From: Bacteroidota bacterium | GTDB lineage: Bacteria > Bacteroidota > Rhodothermia > Rhodothermales > JBCDJV01 | NCBI GenBank assembly: GCA_038747425.1 | Contig: JBCDJV010000005.1 | Location: 7,137-71,136 of the forward strand | DNA: 64,000 bases | Direction of reading: 5' to 3' | Part shown: in pieces, positions 29,023 to 40,691 of the stretch | Position numbering within the stretch: the first letter of the stretch is position 1 | Layout: every line of letters begins with the position of its first letter | Made by a program: the position numbers and the translations under genes | Notes under the pieces: generated by a model | Told to the model about the DNA's origin: nothing | Database searches by the model: none | The model's input: the letters and a program-made list of their open reading frames with translations, nothing else

Positions 29023-29601
29023 TTGCCCGAGGACCCCCTCATAGCACTTGTTCGGCGATACGTCTCCCTGAGCACGGCGCAGGCCGCGCAGATCACCGCC
29101 GCCTGGGGGGCGCCGAGGATATGCCGCCCGGGGGAGGTGTTCCTCCTACCGGGCCAGACGTGCCGTGCCCTCTACTTCATGGACGAAGGATACGCCCGGT
29201 TCTACGCCGAGCCTGGCGGCCGTGATGTCACCAGGCACTTCGTCCTGCCAGGCCTCCTGTTCACCATCGCGGCCAGCTTCGCCTCCGGAACCCCCGCCCG
29301 AGATGGCCTCCAAGCCCTCACACCGGGCCGCGTGCGTCAGCTAAGCCGGGAGGCCAATGCCACCTTGGCCGTAGCCTGCCCACCCTGGAACGACTTCCGA
29401 GAGGCCTACGTCCGCGCCGTGTACGCCTACCTGGATGACACCCTCGACGAGGCCCGTTACCTCTCAGCAACTGAACGATATGAAGCGTTCGTGCACCGTT
29501 ATCCTGATGTGCTTCTGCACATCCCCTTACACCATGTGGCGTCCTATCTGGGCATGACGCCCCAATCGCTCAGCCGCGTGCGCGCCAAGGGGCTCACCTA
29601 A
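29023..29601 (+). CDS. Crp/Fnr family transcriptional regulator (start uncertain)
   Basis: GQTCRALYFMDEG..F; SATERY..YP..IPLHHVASYLGMTPQSLSRVR. Confidence 0.88.
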   Translation: MPEDPLIALVRRYVSLSTAQAAQITAAWGAPRICRPGEVFLLPGQTCRALYFMDEGYARFYAEPGGRDVTRHFVLPGLLFTIAASFASGTPARDGLQALTPGRVRQLSREANATLAVACPPWNDFREAYVRAVYAYLDDTLDEARYLSATERYEAFVHRYPDVLLHIPLHHVASYLGMTPQSLSRVRAKGLT

Positions 29602-29602
29602 A

Positions 29603-29616
29603 TTACCCGATGTGAA
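29603..29616 (+). promoter_or_regulatory. Putative Crp/Fnr-type operator
   Basis: TTACC-CGAT-GTGAA imperfect palindrome directly after the regulator, upstream of the next operon. Confidence 0.4.
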
Positions 29617-29682
29617 GGCGAGACCGGCCGCGGGGGCCCGACCTTGGTCCCACCGTTGACCCACTGGCCATCCCGCGCGCTG

Positions 29683-30222
29683 ATGTCACCCGCTCTATCT
29701 CTTCTCGTCGTAGCCCTACTTCTTCTCATGGGCTGTGCCACCGCCCCCCCACCCACCGACGGACCGGTCGCGGAAGGCTCGAACCGATCGTTCTCCCACA
29801 CCCTCACCACCTCGGCGCCGGCCGACGCCGTCTGGTCGATCTGGACCGATGTGCCTGGATGGCCGTCCTGGGACACCGAGCTGGAAGCCGCCTCGCTCGA
29901 CGGCCCCTTCGGAGAAGGCGCTCAAGGCCACCTCATCCCCGCTCAGGGCTCGTCGGCTTCGTTCGTGATCGAGGAGGTGGAGCCCGGACGCGCCTACACG
30001 CTCGCCACCCGCCTCCCAGCCGGCTGGCTTCGCATCCAGCGGACGTTGACCGAATCCGATGATGGGCGCCTCGCCTTCACCCACACCGTCACCTTCTCCG
30101 GCTTAGGCGGGCGGGCCTTGTCCGTCCGATTAGGGCCCAGGTACCGCCGCGCCCTGCCTCTGGCTATGCAGCAGCTCCGCACCTTAGCCGAGGCGCAGGC
30201 GGATGCGTCCACGGGTCGATGA
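29683..30222 (+). CDS. SRPBCC/polyketide cyclase family lipoprotein
   Basis: LMG-C lipobox; APADAVWSIWTDVPGWPSWD. Confidence 0.82.
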   Translation: MSPALSLLVVALLLLMGCATAPPPTDGPVAEGSNRSFSHTLTTSAPADAVWSIWTDVPGWPSWDTELEAASLDGPFGEGAQGHLIPAQGSSASFVIEEVEPGRAYTLATRLPAGWLRIQRTLTESDDGRLAFTHTVTFSGLGGRALSVRLGPRYRRALPLAMQQLRTLAEAQADASTGR

Positions 30223-31145
30223 CGCGGCGCCGGTTTGTACAGGCCGCAGGCCTGCTGGCGTCGGGAGCCGCCGTGGGGGGGTGTAGCGTAGCAGCTCGCA
30301 TGAACGCGCCTACGCCTCCTGCGCCCTCCTTCCCGCCGGTCACGCAGACCGTGGGGGCCACCCGCATCACCGCCCTGCGGACCGGGGCCGTGGCGGTGAA
30401 GGCCGCGCACCGAGCCTTCGGTGGCCCCGCCGGGCTCAGGCTTCCGGCCATCGTCTTCGACCCCCGGTGGACGCCGTGGCTCCCCATCACGTGCTGGCTC
30501 ATCGAACACCCCGAGGGCCCCATCATGGTGGACACCGGCGAGACGGCCCAAACCGCCGATCCCGGCTACTTTGCGTGCGACGCCGGCACCCGGTTTGTGT
30601 ACGAGCGTCTGCTCCGCTTTGACGTGGCCCCTTCGGCTGAGGTCGGTCCACTGCTCGGCACTCTGGGAGTCCCGGCCGACGCCATCTCCACCGTGGTTCT
30701 CACCCATCTCCATTCCGATCATGCCGGCGGCCTGAGCCACTTCCCCAACGCCACGTTCTTGCTGTCCGAGACGGAGGCCGCGCAGCCTCCCCCGGGGGCC
30801 CTCCCCTGTCGGTGGCCTTCGTTCTTCCGGCCCATTGGCGTCGCCTATGAGGATGGGCCGTTCGGGGCATTTCCGGCGAGCCAGGCCCTCACGACAGACG
30901 GCATGGTCCGCCTCGTGCCCACACCGGGGCATACGCGTGGCCACCAATCGGTGCTCATCGGAGACGGCGCGCAGTGGGTGCTCTTAGCGGGTGATGCCTC
31001 GTTCTCGCGCCAGCAGGTGGAGCAGCGTATCGTGGCGGGAATCTGCGACGATGTGGGCGCCGCCCGTCGCACGCTGGCGGTGATCGCCGAGCAGCTCGAA
31101 CAGTTCGAGACGACCTACTTGGCGGCTCACGAGCAGAATCCCTGA
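30219..31145 (+). CDS. N-acyl-homoserine-lactonase-like MBL-fold hydrolase with Tat signal
   Basis: TRRRFV twin-arginine; THLHSDHAGG, TPGHTRGH, LAGDA, C-terminal AH. Confidence 0.85.
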   Translation: MTRRRFVQAAGLLASGAAVGGCSVAARMNAPTPPAPSFPPVTQTVGATRITALRTGAVAVKAAHRAFGGPAGLRLPAIVFDPRWTPWLPITCWLIEHPEGPIMVDTGETAQTADPGYFACDAGTRFVYERLLRFDVAPSAEVGPLLGTLGVPADAISTVVLTHLHSDHAGGLSHFPNATFLLSETEAAQPPPGALPCRWPSFFRPIGVAYEDGPFGAFPASQALTTDGMVRLVPTPGHTRGHQSVLIGDGAQWVLLAGDASFSRQQVEQRIVAGICDDVGAARRTLAVIAEQLEQFETTYLAAHEQNP

Positions 31146-31342
31146 GCGCCCAGGCGCCCATACTTTCGGCTTCGCGGGGCGTTGATCGGGCGGTGTATCC
31201 AGCCCCTGATCACCCCATCACCCCCAAGCTCCTCCCTCCATGCCCCCCCTCAGCCGCAGGGCGGCCTGCCTGCTGGCGTGCCTCCCGCTGTGGACCCGGA
31301 CTCGCCGGAGGCTGCCCTGCTTGATGACCTCGATTCAGAACC

Positions 31343-31560
31343 TATGCGAATCAAAGGCTCGAGGGCCCCGCCGGGGCTGGTTCCAGGCTGGACGCCTCGC
31401 TCAGATTCTTCGACGGTGCTCGGAATGACAACGAACACGGCCCCGGCTTGTCATCCCAAGCGTAGTCGAGGGATCTGTCTACGGCCAACCGGTAGAGATG
31501 GCACGACGAGTCACCGGGCACGTCAGCCTCAGGGACTAGGCTCAACCCTTGATTCACATA
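31343..31560. repeat. Nested inverted-repeat element
   Basis: Inner 30-bp arms 31402-31431 / 31448-31477 (23/30); outer TATGCGAATCAA / TTGATTCACATA (11/12). Confidence 0.65.
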
Positions 31561-31597
31561 ACCTAGCTGAGCACACGTGTCCGCAGGTCCGTACCTC

Positions 31598-32284
31598 TTA
31601 CCGTAAGGGGACCACGATCCGCAGCATGGGCCCTACAGGCTCGGCCTCCTCACGCAGGAAGGCCGGCGTGATCCGGTCTCCCAGCGTGTGCACCAGGGCG
31701 GCTATCCCCGTCCCCAGCAGGGCGCCTGCTAGCACATCGCTCGGGTAGTGCACACCCATCCAGACCCGGCTCAGCCCCACGGCGGTGGCCCACGTGAACG
31801 CAGGCGCCGCCACCAACCAGCCGGGCCGGCTGTACGTCCAAGAGGTGGCCAGTCCAAAGGCTAAGGCCGTGTGGCCAGAGGGAAACGAGAACCGTCCTAC
31901 GATTTCCCCCCGCTCGTTGTAGCGCTCCGAGCGAGAGCGAATGCCAGGGACGGCGCGATACGGCCGCAGCCGCGGCCTGATCGGCTTCAAGAGCAGGACC
32001 AATCCCGTGGTAGCCGCCCAGGCAACCGACGTGCGGTAGGCGGCCTCCGCAGCCGGGCCTCCGTCCGCCAGCGCCACGCCCCATTGGAGCGCAGGAGCGG
32101 TGAGGAGCAGCGGGTTGGCCGTGGCCTGCGTGACGTTCATCGCCCCCCGCAGGACAGGACTCGGGGCGTGGTAGAGGTCCTGCAGCAGCCGCACATCCAG
32201 CGACTGCGTGGTGCCCTCACTGGCCCCGAGCATACCCACCAGCAAAAGCGCCAGGGCCCGCAGCGCGAGCCCTGGCGTGCACAC
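31598..32284 (-). CDS. PAP2 family phosphatase (start uncertain)
   Basis: K..R.RP, SFPSGHT, SRVWMGVHYPSDV. Confidence 0.9.
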   Translation of the reverse strand: MCTPGLALRALALLLVGMLGASEGTTQSLDVRLLQDLYHAPSPVLRGAMNVTQATANPLLLTAPALQWGVALADGGPAAEAAYRTSVAWAATTGLVLLLKPIRPRLRPYRAVPGIRSRSERYNERGEIVGRFSFPSGHTALAFGLATSWTYSRPGWLVAAPAFTWATAVGLSRVWMGVHYPSDVLAGALLGTGIAALVHTLGDRITPAFLREEAEPVGPMLRIVVPLR

Positions 32285-32324
32285 AACGCGGCCGTCTGGA
32301 CCGACCGCATGCAAACATCCAGGC

Positions 32325-33407
32325 TTAGTTGGCATCGGCCAGGACGCCGTTGGTTTCGTAGGCGTCGTCACCGCCCTCACTGTCACCGACGCCCAGGATA
32401 CGGCGGACCTGGGCCTTGACGTCCTGGTAGACAGCCGGGTTGTCCCGCAGCCACTGCTTAGCGGCCTCACGGCCCTGCCCGATAGTGTCGTCGCCCATCG
32501 AGTACCAGGATCCGCTCTTCGTGATGAGGTCGTTATCGATGGCGAAGTCCAACACCTCCCCGTAGGCCGAGATGCCCTCGCCGTAGATGATGTCGAACTC
32601 CGCGATGCGGAACGGCGGGGCCACCTTGTTCTTCACGACCTTGACCTTGGTCCGGTTGCCCACCACCTCCTGGCCGTCCTTGATGGACCCGGCGCGGCGG
32701 ATTTCCATGCGGACCGACGAGTAGAACTTGAGGGCGCGGCCGCCTGTGGTGGTCTCGGGGTTGCCGTAGCTGATCCCGATCTTCTCTCGGATCTGGTTGA
32801 TGAAGATGACCACCGTCTTTGTGCGGTTGATGGTCCCCGTGAGCTTACGCAGGGCCTGGCTCATGAGACGAGCCTGGAGGCCCACGTGGCTATCGCCCAT
32901 GTCCCCCTCGATCTCCGCGCGCGGCACCAGGGCCGCCACGGAGTCTACCACGATGATGTCGATGGCGCCGGAGCGCACGAGCATGTCGCAGATGTTGAGG
33001 GCCTGCTCCCCGGTGTCGGGCTGGGAGACCAGCAGATCGTCCGTGTTGACGCCCAGGAGCTTGGCGTAGGTGGCGTCAAAGGCGTGCTCGGCGTCGATGA
33101 AGGCGCAGGTGCCGCCCATCTGCTGGGCCTCCGCCACGATGTGGGTGGCGAGCGTCGTCTTCCCGGACGATTCCGGGCCGTAGATCTCGACGACGCGGCC
33201 ACGCGGGACGCCTCCGATGCCGAGGGCGGAATCCAGCGCCAGCGAGCCTGTGGGAATCGCGTCGATGGTGACGGTTGGCGCGTCGCCGAGGCGCATGATC
33301 GAGCCTTTGCCAAACTGCTGCTCGATCTGCTTCATCGCCATGCCGAGGGCCTTCTGGCGGGCGGCCGCGTCCGTGTGACGCTCCGCGCTTTGGTGTTTGG
33401 ATGACAT
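32325..33407 (-). CDS. recA: Recombinase RecA
   Basis: [38 protein letters not shown]. Confidence 0.98.
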   Translation of the reverse strand: MSSKHQSAERHTDAAARQKALGMAMKQIEQQFGKGSIMRLGDAPTVTIDAIPTGSLALDSALGIGGVPRGRVVEIYGPESSGKTTLATHIVAEAQQMGGTCAFIDAEHAFDATYAKLLGVNTDDLLVSQPDTGEQALNICDMLVRSGAIDIIVVDSVAALVPRAEIEGDMGDSHVGLQARLMSQALRKLTGTINRTKTVVIFINQIREKIGISYGNPETTTGGRALKFYSSVRMEIRRAGSIKDGQEVVGNRTKVKVVKNKVAPPFRIAEFDIIYGEGISAYGEVLDFAIDNDLITKSGSWYSMGDDTIGQGREAAKQWLRDNPAVYQDVKAQVRRILGVGDSEGGDDAYETNGVLADAN

Positions 33408-33614
33408 GGGTCGTTTCGAGGCCATAGGTCTGAGTCTGAGCAGTGAGGTCGGTGAGGACGTACGAAGTAGAGCGGCACAGGACCTTGACACAGCCACCTA
33501 TCCAGTCCGCATCGTGAAGGTAGGGCGGCGACCGTGACAGCCCTGTGTCATACCCGTGCTGGTATCATAGCTGTGGACGTGGAGAGCCAGGATCTATAAC
33601 ACCCTCGGCGCTGG

Positions 33615-34883
33615 TCACGCGTGGAGGCTCGCACGGGCCAGGAGCCGCTGCCGGATCAGGTTGAACACGTAGGTGGCGGTCAGTTCCTTATTGATACGTC
33701 GATCTTTGCTGAAATGCAGCTTCCGCGCCCGCGCCCCATCGGCGTCAGCATAGGCGATCCAGACCAGTCCGACGGGTTTCTCGGGCGTACCGCCGCCTGG
33801 GCCCGCAATGCCGGTGGTGGACACGCCCACGTCGGCGCCGAGACGGACGCGCACGTTCTGCGCCATCGCCAGGGCCATACGCTGAGACACGGCGCCGTCG
33901 GCCTCGAGCACGTCGGGCGCCACGCCCAGGAGGTCGGTCTTGACGCTGTTGCAGTACGCCACGATCCCCCCTCGCAGGTAGGTGGAAGAGCCTGGGATGT
34001 TCGTCAGCCGGTGGCACACGAGTCCGCCGGTGCAGCTCTCGGCCACCGCCAGTGTCAGGCCACGCTCACGGAGCATGGCGCCGACCACCGCCTCCAGCAC
34101 GTCGGTGTCTTCTCCGTACACCCGGGCCCCGATCCGCTGACGCAGGTAGGCCTCAAAGCGATCCAGCCGGGCCTGCGTATCCACCGGGTCCGCGCCTTGT
34201 GCCGTGAGGCGAAGCCGCACGCCGTTGGTGCCCGGCAAATAGGCGAGGCGCACCTGACCGTTGAGGAAGTCGGACAGATCGCCGATCTCGTCTTGCAGGT
34301 TGGACTCCCCGATACCGGCCGTGAGGAGGGTCTTCTGCCGGATGGTGGAGAGTCGGTCGCTGGTGAGGATGCGGGGCAGCACCTCGTTCTCCATCATCGT
34401 CTTCATCTCATGCGGCACGCCCGGCAGCACCGCCAGCCGCTGCGTGATGCCGCCGCGCTTACGGGCCATCCACAAGCCCGGCGCCGTGCCCACCGGGTTG
34501 GGCAGCGCCTCGAAGCCAACCGGCACCTCCGCTTGAGTCCGGTTGCTGGCTGGCATCTGCAGGCCCCGCCGCGCGAAACGCTCCTGGACCTGGGCATAGA
34601 TCGCCTCGTCGAAGACCAGCTCCACCCCGAAATGCTTAGCCACCGCCTGGCGGGTCACGTCGTCGTGCGTGGGGCCCAGGCCGCCGGTGACAATCACAAG
34701 GTCGGTGTCGTGCAGGGCCTGAGCCAAGGCCTGCGTGATCTCCTCCTCGTCGTCGCCTAGGGTCACCACGCGGACGAGGTCGACCCCCTTCGCCACCAGT
34801 TGCTCACCGAGCCAGGCGGCGTTCGTGTTGACCACTTGCCCGATGAGCAGTTCATCACCGATAGAAAGGAGAGAGGCATGCAT
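33615..34883 (-). CDS. cinA: Competence/damage-inducible protein CinA
   Basis: SIGDELL.G..VNTN, TGGLGPTHDD, AVAESCTGG, TTGIAGPGGG..KPVG. Confidence 0.95.
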   Translation of the reverse strand: MHASLLSIGDELLIGQVVNTNAAWLGEQLVAKGVDLVRVVTLGDDEEEITQALAQALHDTDLVIVTGGLGPTHDDVTRQAVAKHFGVELVFDEAIYAQVQERFARRGLQMPASNRTQAEVPVGFEALPNPVGTAPGLWMARKRGGITQRLAVLPGVPHEMKTMMENEVLPRILTSDRLSTIRQKTLLTAGIGESNLQDEIGDLSDFLNGQVRLAYLPGTNGVRLRLTAQGADPVDTQARLDRFEAYLRQRIGARVYGEDTDVLEAVVGAMLRERGLTLAVAESCTGGLVCHRLTNIPGSSTYLRGGIVAYCNSVKTDLLGVAPDVLEADGAVSQRMALAMAQNVRVRLGADVGVSTTGIAGPGGGTPEKPVGLVWIAYADADGARARKLHFSKDRRINKELTATYVFNLIRQRLLARASLHA

Positions 34884-34947
34884 AGGCGCTCACAAGCAAA
34901 AAGAAGGGCCAACGTGGGCGTTTGCACACGTCGGGGGGACGAACGTT

Positions 34948-35604
34948 TCAGGCCGTGTGGGCCTCACTCCAAGCCACCGCGTCTGCACGCCAGGCTTCGA
35001 GCGTAGCCACGGCTCCAGGGCTGAGCTGGCCCGTCTCGGTGGCAACCTCCAGGAGGGTGGCCAGCGTGGTGAGGGTGGCGCAGGGCACCGCAGCCTCGGC
35101 GAAGGCGGCCTCGGCTTCGGGAAACCCGTACGAGAAGATGGCCAGCACAGCGTCCACGATGGCGCCCTCGGCCTGCACCGCCCGTACGGCGGCGAGCGAC
35201 GAGCCGCCCGTCGAGATCAGGTCCTCGATCACCACCACACGCTGCCCGGGCTCGATGAGCCCCTCGATCTGGTTGCCCTTGCCATGGCCTTTGGGCTTCG
35301 AGCGCACGTAGGCCATAGGCAGGTCGAGGCGGTCCGCCACCCAGGCGGCATGGGGGATGCCCGCCGTGGCGGTCCCGGCGATGACGTCGGGCCGCTCGTC
35401 CAGCGCCTGGATGGCGCGCACGAAACCGTCGGCGAGGCGCTGCCGCACGGAGGGAAAGCCGAGCGTGAGGCGATTGTCGCAGTAGATAGGGGCTCGGCGG
35501 CCAGAGGCCCAGGTGAAGGGCTGCTCGGGCGCCAGGGCCACGGCACCAATGGCCAGTAGGTCGAACGCCACTTGGCGATCCAGGGGCGGCGGGGCGTCCG
35601 TCAT
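34948..35604 (-). CDS. pyrE: Orotate phosphoribosyltransferase
   Basis: FTWASG..PIYCDNR, VVIEDLISTGGS. Confidence 0.95.
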   Translation of the reverse strand: MTDAPPPLDRQVAFDLLAIGAVALAPEQPFTWASGRRAPIYCDNRLTLGFPSVRQRLADGFVRAIQALDERPDVIAGTATAGIPHAAWVADRLDLPMAYVRSKPKGHGKGNQIEGLIEPGQRVVVIEDLISTGGSSLAAVRAVQAEGAIVDAVLAIFSYGFPEAEAAFAEAAVPCATLTTLATLLEVATETGQLSPGAVATLEAWRADAVAWSEAHTA

Positions 35605-36212
35605 GCCTCGGCAGGCCCTCCCTCAGCGTCGGCGGGACGCGTGTATTCCAGGCGAAACATGTACAGTACGCCCGTGCCCGCCGTAAGCACCACCAGCGCC
35701 ATCAGGATGAAGAAGGGGATGATGCTGTCCAGCACCCAGATCCCGACGGACTGCGGCCAGCCCGATACTTTGGTCAGGGTGAGCATCGCCAGGACGCCGA
35801 TCAGGAAGACCAGCTGGAGGGTCGTCTTCAGCTTGGCCACCGGGAGGGTGCGGATCGAGCGGCCGTTGGCTTCGGCCCACGAACGGAGCACGGTCACCCC
35901 CACATCGCGCAGGGCGATGAGCGCCACGGCCCACCACGGCACCAGATCGGGGCGCATGAAGGAGAGCGTGATGAACGTGCCCAGGACCAGCACTTTGTCT
36001 GCGAAGGGGTCCAGGAACTGGCCAATGCGAGAGCTGGTCTGGTACGCGCGCGCCAGCACCCCATCCAGATAATCCGAGATGGCCGCGAGCACGAACAGCG
36101 TGAGCGCCGCCGCATACCCCCACAGCGTGTGCGTCAGCAGCAGCATCAGCAGCACGGGCGTGATTACGATGCGCGAGATCGTGAGGATGTTGGGGACGTG
36201 CTGCTTGAACAT
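35601..36212 (-). CDS. pgsA: CDP-diacylglycerol--glycerol-3-phosphate 3-phosphatidyltransferase
   Basis: PNILTISR, SDYLDGVLAR..GQFLDPFADK, KLKT. Confidence 0.92.
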   Translation of the reverse strand: MFKQHVPNILTISRIVITPVLLMLLLTHTLWGYAAALTLFVLAAISDYLDGVLARAYQTSSRIGQFLDPFADKVLVLGTFITLSFMRPDLVPWWAVALIALRDVGVTVLRSWAEANGRSIRTLPVAKLKTTLQLVFLIGVLAMLTLTKVSGWPQSVGIWVLDSIIPFFILMALVVLTAGTGVLYMFRLEYTRPADAEGGPAEA

Positions 36213-36582
36213 GCGTCTCGGTGACGAGTGACGAGCATCCTAATATACAAATTCCCAGCAAGATCCGCGCCTGGAGAGAGGGGGAAAGGGTGAGAGGGGG
36301 TGGGGGTTTGAGAGTATGAGGGGGTGAGAGACGGTGAGCGTTGGAAGGCATGGACGCTCAGAGGTGGTTGAGGCTCCGTTTTGGGGCTGCACACGGTCCG
36401 CTAGCCACCCCAAAACCTCAGCCTCATACCCTTACACCCTTACACGCCCCGTCATCTTTGCAGGCCATGGTGCAGCCGCTCGCTTTGTCCGCCTGTCCTT
36501 CCGCCATCCTTCTGCCAATGTGGCGGAGATCGGGATTCGGCACGGTGTTGGTCGATAGAGGATGCACCGGCCGGTCGCCTGA

Positions 36583-38553
<1,971 letters not shown>

Positions 38554-38584
38554 TCCGTGGGGACACCCCCGGTGTCGATAGATC

Positions 38585-38620
38585 AACGCCCCGTCGGCTA
38601 CGTGCTGGCGGGGCGTTTTT
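38585..38620 (+). terminator. Rho-independent terminator of dnaK
   Basis: AACGCCCCGTCGGC-tacgt-GCTGGCGGGGCGTT followed by T run. Confidence 0.85.
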
Positions 38621-38657
38621 CGTGCGCGGCCCGGCGTAAACCTCATTCGGAATCGCC

Positions 38658-38685
38658 GTAGGGGCACGATATATCGTGCCCCTAC
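38658..38685. repeat. GTAG-type REP-like palindrome, copy 2
   Basis: GTAGGGGCACGATATATCGTGCCCCTAC, perfect 28-bp palindrome. Confidence 0.8.
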
Positions 38686-38733
38686 TACCGTTTCCGGCAT
38701 GCGCCCACCCATCGGGACCGCCCCCGTTTTCGG

Positions 38734-39567
38734 CTAGCGACTAGCCATCGGGACGTGCCCCTCGCTGCCGGCCACCTGCACCGTGAGGCCGTCGTAGCCA
38801 AGGTGAATGCCGTCGGGGAGGGCGGCGTCTTGCTCGGCGTGGAGCACGTTGTGGCTCATGTGGATGAAGTAGGTGGCCCGGGCGCCGATGCGCTGCGCGG
38901 CCTCGATGGCTTCATCGAAGGTGAAGTGGGTGCGGTGCGGCTCTGGGCGGAGCGCGTCCAGCACGAGCACGTCCAGGTCCTGAAGCCGGTCGAAGCTGGC
39001 CTCGGGGATACGGTTGGTGTCTGTCAGGTAGGCAAAGCGGCCGATGCGGTAGCCGTAGAGCGGGAGGTCGCCGTGGTAGGCGGGGATGGCCTCGACCGTC
39101 ACCCCAGGGCCTTCGTCATAGCGGTTTGGGACGGTGAAGGTGCCTTCAATGGCATGCAGGTGCAGCTTCGGGACGCCCGGGTAGGTCCCGTCGGCGAAAA
39201 TGTAGCGGAACATGCGCTTCAGCACCTCGGCGGTGTTCGGTGGCGCGAAGCACGGGATGGGGGCGCGGTGGAAGAACAGGAACGGCCGCAGATCGTCCAG
39301 CCCCACCACGTGATCGAAGTGATGATGCGTGAGCAGCACCCCATCCAAGCGCCGAATTCCCTCACGCAGAGCCTGGTGCCGAAAGTCGGGGCCGGTGTCG
39401 ATCACCAGGTGAACGCCGTTGACCTCGATGTAGCACGCACACCGCGTGCGCCGGTCCCGGGGATCGGCCGAGGTGCATACGCGGCACGTGCACCCGATGA
39501 CGGGCACCCCGGTGGAGGTGCCGGTCCCCAGGAGGGTGGCGGTGAGCGGTGGCGCAGCGGGGGTCAT
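38734..39567 (-). CDS. MBL-fold metallo-hydrolase (PhnP-like phosphodiesterase)
   Basis: LGTGTSTGVP.IGC.C..C, THHHFDHVVGLDDLR, HMSH. Confidence 0.9.
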   Translation of the reverse strand: MTPAAPPLTATLLGTGTSTGVPVIGCTCRVCTSADPRDRRTRCACYIEVNGVHLVIDTGPDFRHQALREGIRRLDGVLLTHHHFDHVVGLDDLRPFLFFHRAPIPCFAPPNTAEVLKRMFRYIFADGTYPGVPKLHLHAIEGTFTVPNRYDEGPGVTVEAIPAYHGDLPLYGYRIGRFAYLTDTNRIPEASFDRLQDLDVLVLDALRPEPHRTHFTFDEAIEAAQRIGARATYFIHMSHNVLHAEQDAALPDGIHLGYDGLTVQVAGSEGHVPMASR

Positions 39568-39583
39568 GCGAGCAGGACGCAGA

Positions 39584-39844
39584 TCAGGGGGCCTCGTGCC
39601 AGAGGGCTTCTAGGGCAGACCGGACCGCTGGCTTGAGGTAGACGCGATCCAGGTCCTGCGTCCGCAAGCTCTCGGCCAGGACCTGCACGTGGACCTCGGG
39701 CGGATGCCGCCGGTTGAGCACCACAAACGGCTCGCCGTCTACGAGGCAGTAGCCGCCTCGGAAGCTGCCACGCTCTAGCCGCACGCGCAGCCCGAGCTGC
39801 CGGGCTACCTCTTCGAACTCTCTGACCAGACGGGTGGGCTTCAT
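39584..39844 (-). CDS. Conserved hypothetical protein
   Basis: VRLERGSFRGGYCLV..VLN..YLKPAVR; same strand and close spacing to neighbours. Confidence 0.75.
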   Translation of the reverse strand: MKPTRLVREFEEVARQLGLRVRLERGSFRGGYCLVDGEPFVVLNRRHPPEVHVQVLAESLRTQDLDRVYLKPAVRSALEALWHEAP

Positions 39845-39891
39845 GCGGGGGAAGGACCGAGGCGCTCAGCCTAACGAGGCGGGGGCCGAGG

Positions 39892-40665
39892 CTACCAGGA
39901 AAGGCCAAGGAAGAACGTGTGCTGAGCGCCCTCGTAATCGGCCGCCGTACTTCGGGTGGCGTCGTTGCCGATGATGGTGATGGTGGACGGCAGGCTCCAG
40001 ACCTCCCCTCGAAAGCGGTAGCCGAGCGCCAGCCCAAACCGATTGATCACCGGCCCCGACACCAGCGTCACCCCGGCATCCACCACGCGGTGCCACCCAA
40101 AGCCCCCGTCGAAGGCACGCGTAGCCAGACCGATGGCCGGCATCGCCTGGGCCGTCACCAACAGCGCCTTACCCAGCGAGACGCCGCCCCCCAACCCCGC
40201 GCTGAGGCCCAGGGTGGTTAGGCCCAGTTCCGTGCTGACCCCGTCCTCTATACGCCTAGCACGCCGGTACGAGATGCGGGCCCCCACCGGGGTGTAGAAC
40301 CGGTTGGGCGTATCGCGAAACCGGGCAAACGGATAGAGCGGCACCGCCGTAGCCAACACCACCGCCAACTGCTCGACATCAGCATCGCCGGTGCCCAATT
40401 GGTTGAGCGCCGACTGGCGGCCGTAAGCCAGCCCGATGTAGGTGGTCGAGCCTTTGTAGGCCACCCCGTAGGCCGGCCCATCGTAGGCGAAGAGATCCAC
40501 CCCCCCGGCCGGTAGATCATCTTCGAGTTTGAAGTCGATGGTGTGGTAGGCTAGGCTGCCACCTTGACGCCCGTACAGGCCGTCCAGCCCTCCGGGAAAG
40601 GTCTGCGCCTGGGCACTCGCGGCTAGGCAAAGGCCCACGCACAGCCAGAGGCCAAGACGAGCCAT
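39892..40665 (-). CDS. Putative outer-membrane beta-barrel protein
   Basis: Signal peptide ending AQA; amphipathic strands; C-terminal HTFFLGLSW. Confidence 0.7.
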   Translation of the reverse strand: MARLGLWLCVGLCLAASAQAQTFPGGLDGLYGRQGGSLAYHTIDFKLEDDLPAGGVDLFAYDGPAYGVAYKGSTTYIGLAYGRQSALNQLGTGDADVEQLAVVLATAVPLYPFARFRDTPNRFYTPVGARISYRRARRIEDGVSTELGLTTLGLSAGLGGGVSLGKALLVTAQAMPAIGLATRAFDGGFGWHRVVDAGVTLVSGPVINRFGLALGYRFRGEVWSLPSTITIIGNDATRSTAADYEGAQHTFFLGLSW

Positions 40666-40691
40666 GTGGATGGTGTTCACAGCGATATGGG

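Noticed and set aside
32208-33404. Long antisense ORFs opposite recA (also opposite cinA, lacD, the TBDR and tricorn genes)
   Set aside because: No motifs; expected stop-poor antisense frames in GC-rich genes.
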